Shown here piece by piece: positions 57,668 through 64,000 of a DNA stretch of 64,000 nt. The DNA lies in the IMG/VR virus record IMGVR_UViG_3300046804_003398; one strand, written 5' to 3'. Source of the DNA: a virus (Duplodnaviria; Caudoviricetes). The notes below the pieces were generated by a model. The model ran no database searches, was not told where the DNA came from, and saw nothing but the letters and a program-made list of their open reading frames with translations. A program made the translations under genes and the position numbers. The first letter of the stretch is position 1. Each line of letters begins with the position of its first letter.

Positions 57668-59398
57668 TCATACAATGATTTTATATGGTTGACTTTGTGA
57701 ACCATTACCACCTAGAACTCCTTCCCAAGTTTGAATAGCAAGCAACATACTGCCATATGTTCTATCAGAAGCAAAATTAAGTATGTTTCCACAACAGTTG
57801 CTTACACCGTCACGTTGGTTAAAGTGTCCAGTCCAAGATATACCAATATTCGATCCATCCACTGCTGGCCAAGCATTGTCCACCGAGATATTACATACTT
57901 TTTGATAGTTTGAATAGTCATAAATCGGAGGTAATAGTGGGTCTGGATTTGGAACCACTGGACCACCATGATTAGCGCTAACATTACAATAATATGTAGT
58001 TTCAACACTTTCTTGATTAATTGAATCCGATCCAACAGTGATCGCATTAACATTAACCGTAGCAGTATATGATGGACCGCCACAGTAGTCACAACCACCC
58101 ACAGGTGCTGGATCAGGACAACAATCTGGACATGTAACTGGGTCGGTGCAAGTCGGTTCAAAAGAACATGAACTTGGAGGTTGCATATAAAACTCATAAT
58201 ATACCAACGATGATATAGGAGTAGGTGTAGGTGTCGGAGTATTAGTAGGCGTAGGAGTAGGTGTAGGCGTATTGGTCGGAATTGGTGTATTAGTTGGAAC
58301 CGGCGTAGGTGTTGGTGTAGCTGTAGGAGGTATTGGTGTCGCAGTTGCTGTAGGTGTTGGTGTGTTAGTAGGTGTTGGTGTAGGCGTAGCTGTTGGTCCG
58401 CCTGGTGTAGGAGTAGGCGTTGGCGTATTGGTTGGAGTAGGAGTAGGTGTAGCTGTAGGTGTTGGGGTTGGCGTAGCCGTTGGACCAACTGGCGTAGGAG
58501 TTGGTGTTGGTGTGTTTGTGGCGGTAGGTGTAGGCGTTGGAGTCGAAGTTGCTGTTGGTGTAGGCGTTGGTGTTGCTGTAGGACCAGGCGTAGGTGTAGG
58601 GGTTACGGTTGGAGTAGCCGTTGGAGTTGCTGTTGCGGTCGGCGTTGGAGTTGGGGTCGCAGTAGGTGCCGGAGTTGGAGTTGGTGTTGGAGCAATACAA
58701 CATTCACCCGTATTGTATGGATCGGACAAATATGCACCCAAACCACAAATGTTCAATGGAACAGTCAAATCTGTTGAATCACTTTGTAATGGATACTTGT
58801 TGATAAAGTAACTACCAGACAATATCAAATTGTAATTTCCATCATCTATAACGTTCGCAATGATATCACCACTTTGATTGTTTATCACCAATGTAGTTGG
58901 TCTAATTTTGTCACCTGCTTGATTGATGGTTAGATTGAAAACAGAAATATCGTTGGTCAAACTACTGGTCATCAATGAATTGTCATAACCATCGATGCCA
59001 AAAATGTTGTAAGCATTGTTGTAGTTGTTATAATACATCTTTTTGATGGTATTATACACTTGACGTTGATATGTTCCGTCCAAGTTTTGTGGATTTGTAA
59101 CAGGATTATAATCAGCACTACCACTTGGATAAAATACCGAGCTAGAAGGAACGTATATACCAATTTGAAGGTTTATGTTGTCTTCAAATTGAGTTGTTCC
59201 CAAGAAACCATCAATACTTTTTTGTGTGCAACTTCCCGACAGATTATCATCACATGCTACTATCGGAATGATCAATGGAAATGTTTCGTCACCCTCGTTT
59301 GCTATGATTATGTCATTAAACACACTGTTCAACTCTTGTGGTTTAGCAAGAGTGAACGGAGTTAGTATGATGTCTTGATTTCTAAAAAACTTGATCAT
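57668..59398 (-). CDS. Virion protein with a mucin-like Pro/Thr linker and Cys-rich C-terminal domain
   Basis: Structural-type N-terminus; about 155-aa (PT/AT)n tract; C-terminal CSFEPTC...CPDCC. Confidence 0.75.
   Translation of the reverse strand: MIKFFRNQDIILTPFTLAKPQELNSVFNDIIIANEGDETFPLIIPIVACDDNLSGSCTQKSIDGFLGTTQFEDNINLQIGIYVPSSSVFYPSGSADYNPVTNPQNLDGTYQRQVYNTIKKMYYNNYNNAYNIFGIDGYDNSLMTSSLTNDISVFNLTINQAGDKIRPTTLVINNQSGDIIANVIDDGNYNLILSGSYFINKYPLQSDSTDLTVPLNICGLGAYLSDPYNTGECCIAPTPTPTPAPTATPTPTPTATATPTATPTVTPTPTPGPTATPTPTPTATSTPTPTPTATNTPTPTPTPVGPTATPTPTPTATPTPTPTNTPTPTPTPGGPTATPTPTPTNTPTPTATATPIPPTATPTPTPVPTNTPIPTNTPTPTPTPTNTPTPTPTPISSLVYYEFYMQPPSSCSFEPTCTDPVTCPDCCPDPAPVGGCDYCGGPSYTATVNVNAITVGSDSINQESVETTYYCNVSANHGGPVVPNPDPLLPPIYDYSNYQKVCNISVDNAWPAVDGSNIGISWTGHFNQRDGVSNCCGNILNFASDRTYGSMLLAIQTWEGVLGGNGSQSQPYKIIV
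58215..58695 (-). repeat. Degenerate in-frame Pro/Thr repeat ([10 protein letters not shown])n
   Basis: Tandem 6-nt-periodic gtag/gttg/gcg units with silent variation. Confidence 0.9.
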
Positions 59399-59419
59399 CC
59401 TAATATAAATAGGATTGTA

Positions 59420-60523
59420 TTAGAAATCGATACGGACTTTTATGAGTAGTTCGCTATCAAAACTCTTCTGAACTGGTCTGCTGATCTTACCAATGGCTAA
59501 CAATTCGTTGTTAGAGTTGTATAAACCCACACTAGTAATGTAGGTTCTAGGGTTATTGATCAAATCTTGATAAATGATTGTTCCCTTTGTGAGACCGTCA
59601 GTTCCATCCGACACAAAAGTAGGATTGTTACTGTAATTGAACTCTTTATTCTTTACACGAACGAAGTAATTTGTTGATGGAACAAACTCACTCTTACGTG
59701 CTGCCATAGTCTTGTTACTAAGCTTAATAGCATTGAAAAAATCACGTTGCCACAAACGAGCTATTGTTTGAACAGAATTTGCACCAACATAACTAGACAA
59801 ATTTGATAGTCGTTGATTGATATAAGTTCCGTGTGTAAATCCAACTTGAGCATTTGTCTTGGTAGCATTGAAAACCACGATGCCATTTGAAGGATAGAAC
59901 AAACCGATACCAGCATATACTGGACTTCCATTCTTAAGATATGGAGTAGCCACACCTTGAATAACAGAACCAGAAATCAAATTGTATACATTTTGTTGTT
60001 TATTGATAACTTGTGAATCGTCAATATACGAGAAAGATCCACTAGATCCCGACAAGTTGATTTGGATTTGACCTGGGTCCAATTGATCCTTGATCTTGTC
60101 TGAAGAAAAATTCATGACAAAGATATTTTCACTGTCAACTGGTGTTGTTACACTACCAGAAGCAAACGAGAACAATTGGTCGCCTGGTTGCAACAATGTG
60201 TTCTTGTATTGAGAATAAATTACCTTGGTTTCGTGAGTCAACACGTTTATCGAAGATGATCCGTTAAACACCGAACTACCACTGGTTTCATAGTCGCCGT
60301 AAGCAATAGCAAAATAAGTTTCGCCATCCAATAAAACATTCAAGTAATATTGTCCGTTCTTAACATCAAATGGTGATGATCCAGTAAGATTATTTGCTTG
60401 TGTAGAAGATGTAGTAAATCTGGATTGAGTTACATACAAACTACCTGTTCCGAATAATCCAGAAGATACTTGGTTTATTCTACCCGCTACGATGTCATCA
60501 CTTGTAAATTGACTAAATATCAT
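59420..60523 (-). CDS. Baseplate/tail-collar-like virion protein
   Basis: C-terminal TYITSVGLYNSNNELLAIGKISRP, paralogous to the end of 51858-54449. Confidence 0.6.
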   Translation of the reverse strand: MIFSQFTSDDIVAGRINQVSSGLFGTGSLYVTQSRFTTSSTQANNLTGSSPFDVKNGQYYLNVLLDGETYFAIAYGDYETSGSSVFNGSSSINVLTHETKVIYSQYKNTLLQPGDQLFSFASGSVTTPVDSENIFVMNFSSDKIKDQLDPGQIQINLSGSSGSFSYIDDSQVINKQQNVYNLISGSVIQGVATPYLKNGSPVYAGIGLFYPSNGIVVFNATKTNAQVGFTHGTYINQRLSNLSSYVGANSVQTIARLWQRDFFNAIKLSNKTMAARKSEFVPSTNYFVRVKNKEFNYSNNPTFVSDGTDGLTKGTIIYQDLINNPRTYITSVGLYNSNNELLAIGKISRPVQKSFDSELLIKVRIDF

Positions 60524-60531
60524 AATTCAGT

Positions 60532-61173
60532 TTATGTTGTTGTTGGGACTTTAACAGTAACAGTAATCGACGTATTTCCGCCACTCTCATTACCTATGAT
60601 AGTGATATTTGTGGTGGTTGTCTTGGACAAAGAAGCATTTGGAACAAATCTAAACTTGTTTCCTACTACCACTTGAGATGTCTGCGATGCCAAATCACCA
60701 GAGAAAGAAGGAACTGTTGCAGTGGTTGAGTTTAGACTGTTGGTTTCTGTTACGATCAATGTTCCGACATTCTTGTTTGACAAAATTGCGGTATATCCAA
60801 GAGTGACGTTGTAAGTTGGGTTTGTGCTTGGGCTGATACTGATATCACCAGTATAGTCTCTGTCTACCGTAATTACTGATTGAGCCACGCTGATCGTAGG
60901 AACGGCAGTAACACCTTGATTGAGTGTCACCAACTTATACTTCATCAACTGTGATTCATCGGTGATGGGTTCCATTACTGGAGTATTACGAATTGCGATA
61001 TCGTAATAAGCACTTCCCATCGGATGATCTGGATTAAACTGTGTGTAGTCGATTTCGTCATCTGCGAGAGCAAATGCTGTAATGTTTAATCCACCAGTTT
61101 TCGCTAGGATTTCACGACCTTTCTTGGTCAAGACCGCGTTAATCGTGATCACATTGTTGTCTAAGTATGCCAT
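60532..61173 (-). CDS. Baseplate/tail-collar-like virion protein
   Basis: AVLTKKGREILAK...ITAFALADDEIDY; Thr-rich Ig-like C-terminus. Confidence 0.6.
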   Translation of the reverse strand: MAYLDNNVITINAVLTKKGREILAKTGGLNITAFALADDEIDYTQFNPDHPMGSAYYDIAIRNTPVMEPITDESQLMKYKLVTLNQGVTAVPTISVAQSVITVDRDYTGDISISPSTNPTYNVTLGYTAILSNKNVGTLIVTETNSLNSTTATVPSFSGDLASQTSQVVVGNKFRFVPNASLSKTTTTNITIIGNESGGNTSITVTVKVPTTT

Positions 61174-61219
61174 ATATAAATAATTATCAAGGATTTTATG
61201 TTTTACATCAAAATTGATA

Positions 61220-64000
61220 TTATAAATTCATGATGTATTTGTCCAAACTTGCACTAGTTTCCATAGAAGCTGTCAATGGTAACTGAACAAATAGATTGTT
61301 TGGATCTCCAGTAGACCCCGTTGTGGTGCCATATACTGGGAAATCACTACTACTGATATTGAGACTCAAATAGCCAGGTATTGTAGTGACTGGACTAGAT
61401 CCATTTGGAAGTCCTTTACGGTTCACAGTTGTGGTAGAATCATTCTTACCCTTAATGTAAGTATAATATGTCAACTGTGCTGGAGCAAACACCTTAACAC
61501 CATTGTTTAGACTAAAATTAGATCCACTCACCGCAATATACTTTTGGCGAGAACCAGGCATCATAATCTTACTCAAGTGTCTTGGAGAATATCCAGTGTT
61601 TCCTTCACCTCTATAAACATTGGTAAACACAGATGACCCAGTTACAGATCCCGATCCAATGACTTCTACTGTATTGAAACTAGAAGTGAATGTCACTATG
61701 TTACCATTATCATTTACCATTTGATAATACTCATTGTCTGGAACGTTATATGTGTTTCTAACGTGATAACCATTAGAATCAACGTTGATATACTTTCCAT
61801 ACTTTGCGTAGATGAAATCTCGACTATCAATTGACGGAGGGATTTCTAAACGTTGATAGTTATATTGATTTCTATCTGTATCATACGTTGTAATTGACTC
61901 GACCGTAATATTCATAGGACTGCCGGTTGTGAATATAGGAGTCAATTCAGCAGCATTGTTAAAATAAATACTAGACGTATACAATCCACTTACATTGTAT
62001 GAGATGTCCTTGTAATTGAACTTCTTTCTTTCAAGAATAGATGGTTCAATCAACAAACCTGTTTTTATTGAAGCACGGTTTGGAACCACATTCTTGACAT
62101 AATCAAAAATTGAGAAGTCAATATACAACTTATAGGTTGTGTAGAACTCTTGAGGGTAAATATACTTAATACTTGACGATGGAAGTGAAGCAAATTCCCT
62201 CAGTCTCAAGTCCAACTCTGGATAATTTTGACTGGTTAGGTATTTTGGATCACCAATAATATCAGTGATACCTTCTTTACCCAAAAAGTTTTCCATCTTG
62301 GATTCCAAGTATGTGTATGGACTGATATAGAATCCCACAACGTTACTGTCACTACCTACGATGTCATTGGTCTTTGTAGAATAGTCATAAGGAACAAGAT
62401 TTGATGTAGCAAATTCATCAATCTTGTTTATCTTCACATTGTTCTTATAGTTTGGGCCAAATCGATTTGAATTGATTGCTTGATTTACAACAACCTTATC
62501 AAATTGATATGGAAACTCTGACACATACGCTGGAGCACATGATGGATATGGTTGAGTTACAGATTCTCCAGTAAAGTTTGAAGCGGTAAACCAAGTGTCA
62601 TAGTAAGTGTTTCTATTTGGTATACCAACTTGTGTTGGAGAAATAACCAAAGAAGCACTTACAGATGAACTCACCGGTGTGTTTATTGATGAACTTGCTG
62701 CCCATAATTGCATTGGAGTATCAAAACTCCACAAGTAAATCAAATTATAATACAATACTGCCTTGTCTGGAATTGATATAGAATCAAGATTGTAACTATG
62801 TTCATCGAAGTCAGACAAACTTAATGGATCACGGAAAACCTTTATCTTATCGATGTTTCCATCAAACTCAATATTGTTATTGTATGTGGTATTGTAATTA
62901 CCAACATAATAGCTACCACTTGAGAAATAATTGTTTTGATTGTAGTTAATTACCTTAGTCTTTATACTACTGAAATTCTTCAACGAACCATCATACTGAT
63001 TGACTGCGAATGTGTATGTGTTAGGAACATACTTTTCAGCTGCCGATGATGTTAGTGATGATGTAAACACGGTTATACTACCGTAAGTGTTTGTATCTGT
63101 ATTTTGTTCTGGTGCGATACTATCATATTCATAATCCGCTTTAATATCACGGGATATCATGAATGTGAATATGTTACCATTCAAATATGGCAGCTCATCC
63201 AACTTGATACTTGATGTGGTATTCGATTCGGGTGGATGTAGATCATAAATTAACACACCAGACTCAGCTTGTTGTGTCTTTCTGATATAAACTTCCCAGT
63301 CAATTTTGTTGTTTCTGATCTTTCTTACAATAGGAATCTTATCGTTGAAATTGTAGTCTTTTGATTTGAATCTAAACGAAGCTTCAAAAGTATCATATCC
63401 ACGAAACTCTTCTGTTTGTGATCTTGAAGATGTAAATGTGTTTGCCTGAGATCCACTGTAATATAAAGGATCACCTACCACAGAAACATATTCTGGGTCT
63501 GTATAATCAAACTTTATGTATCTATCATCTTTGATTCTGGTCAAATAAATGATATCTTCAAAGTCATAATAATTTTGACGATTTACATTTACATCTGTGC
63601 TTCCATATTCACGAAGTTGAATCAACTCAGATGGTATACCAAACAAGGATCTGATCAAATCCAATGATGTTGAAGTTCCTTTTGTCTTGTAGATATAAGG
63701 AAGGTTGTTAGCAAATCTATTTAAGATCTTCTTACCGTAGTCAAAATAAGAACTTGATAGTGAACTAGATATCTCAGTGTTGTCGAACAAGTATTGAGAA
63801 ATACCACTATTTTGAAACTTGAAGTTGTTTGTATTCCAACTGAATGAATTCAATAACTCATCCAAGAAGTTCTTTGGATAATCACTGAGTTCAGATACTC
63901 CGAGAGGATATGTCTTTGGAAACTTTTTGATGTAGACCAAAATGTTATCAAAGAAATGACCCACCATCGAAGTGAACTTCAAATAATCAACAGACTGACT
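61220..64000 (-). CDS. Large baseplate wedge-like protein, 5' end outside the window
   Basis: Frame is open to the window edge; NNLPYIYKTKGT...LFGIP...LREYG resembles gpI/gp7-type wedge proteins. Confidence 0.55.
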   Translation of the reverse strand, partial: SQSVDYLKFTSMVGHFFDNILVYIKKFPKTYPLGVSELSDYPKNFLDELLNSFSWNTNNFKFQNSGISQYLFDNTEISSSLSSSYFDYGKKILNRFANNLPYIYKTKGTSTSLDLIRSLFGIPSELIQLREYGSTDVNVNRQNYYDFEDIIYLTRIKDDRYIKFDYTDPEYVSVVGDPLYYSGSQANTFTSSRSQTEEFRGYDTFEASFRFKSKDYNFNDKIPIVRKIRNNKIDWEVYIRKTQQAESGVLIYDLHPPESNTTSSIKLDELPYLNGNIFTFMISRDIKADYEYDSIAPEQNTDTNTYGSITVFTSSLTSSAAEKYVPNTYTFAVNQYDGSLKNFSSIKTKVINYNQNNYFSSGSYYVGNYNTTYNNNIEFDGNIDKIKVFRDPLSLSDFDEHSYNLDSISIPDKAVLYYNLIYLWSFDTPMQLWAASSSINTPVSSSVSASLVISPTQVGIPNRNTYYDTWFTASNFTGESVTQPYPSCAPAYVSEFPYQFDKVVVNQAINSNRFGPNYKNNVKINKIDEFATSNLVPYDYSTKTNDIVGSDSNVVGFYISPYTYLESKMENFLGKEGITDIIGDPKYLTSQNYPELDLRLREFASLPSSSIKYIYPQEFYTTYKLYIDFSIFDYVKNVVPNRASIKTGLLIEPSILERKKFNYKDISYNVSGLYTSSIYFNNAAELTPIFTTGSPMNITVESITTYDTDRNQYNYQRLEIPPSIDSRDFIYAKYGKYINVDSNGYHVRNTYNVPDNEYYQMVNDNGNIVTFTSSFNTVEVIGSGSVTGSSVFTNVYRGEGNTGYSPRHLSKIMMPGSRQKYIAVSGSNFSLNNGVKVFAPAQLTYYTYIKGKNDSTTTVNRKGLPNGSSPVTTIPGYLSLNISSSDFPVYGTTTGSTGDPNNLFVQLPLTASMETSASLDKYIMNL

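Noticed and set aside
58215-58695. Tandem repeats as a CRISPR array or DGR target
   Set aside because: Degenerate codon-level periodicity within a CDS, no constant repeat-spacer structure, and no reverse transcriptase in the window.
57802-58811. Plus-strand VGVGV-rich and QHL-rich ORFs
   Set aside because: Alternative frames of the PT repeat, which contains no stops in several frames.
1083-61182. Plus-strand TATAAATA copies as canonical T4 late promoters
   Set aside because: In that orientation they would point away from the adjacent genes; the motif tracks gene orientation as TATTTATA on the sense strand.
1-64000. tRNA genes, or stop-codon reassignment
   Set aside because: No cloverleaf or T-loop pattern seen in the short intergenic gaps; core genes are full length under the standard code.

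Overview
A gene-dense, low-GC segment of a large tailed dsDNA phage with a T4-like myovirus morphogenesis set, almost entirely on the minus strand. It carries head genes (terminase large subunit, portal, prohead protease, scaffold, major capsid), neck gp13/gp14/gp15, tail sheath, tube, assembly chaperone, tape measure and baseplate/fibre genes. Replication/recombination genes include a very divergent family A polymerase, a DnaG-like primase, a fused Mre11-Rad50 (SbcDC) and a RuvC-like resolvase; many accessory enzymes are interleaved. Main observations: (1) about ten unrelated accessory proteins, including an Acb1-like 2H phosphoesterase, a nucleotidyltransferase, a ligase-like protein and a flavoprotein, share an N-terminal MIKLxDLLxE peptide resembling T4 capsid-targeting sequences, suggesting head-packaged, injected enzymes; (2) a TATTTAT(A/T) motif precedes 23 genes, usually 3-6 nt before the start codon, suggesting a late promoter giving leaderless mRNAs; (3) a GT60/GT4/FkbM cassette sits next to a Pro/Thr-repeat virion protein; (4) the PolA lacks most of its thumb and has an altered steric gate; (5) a +1/-2 frameshift extension lies in the tail chaperone gene. 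All functional calls come from motif recognition by eye; no searches were run.
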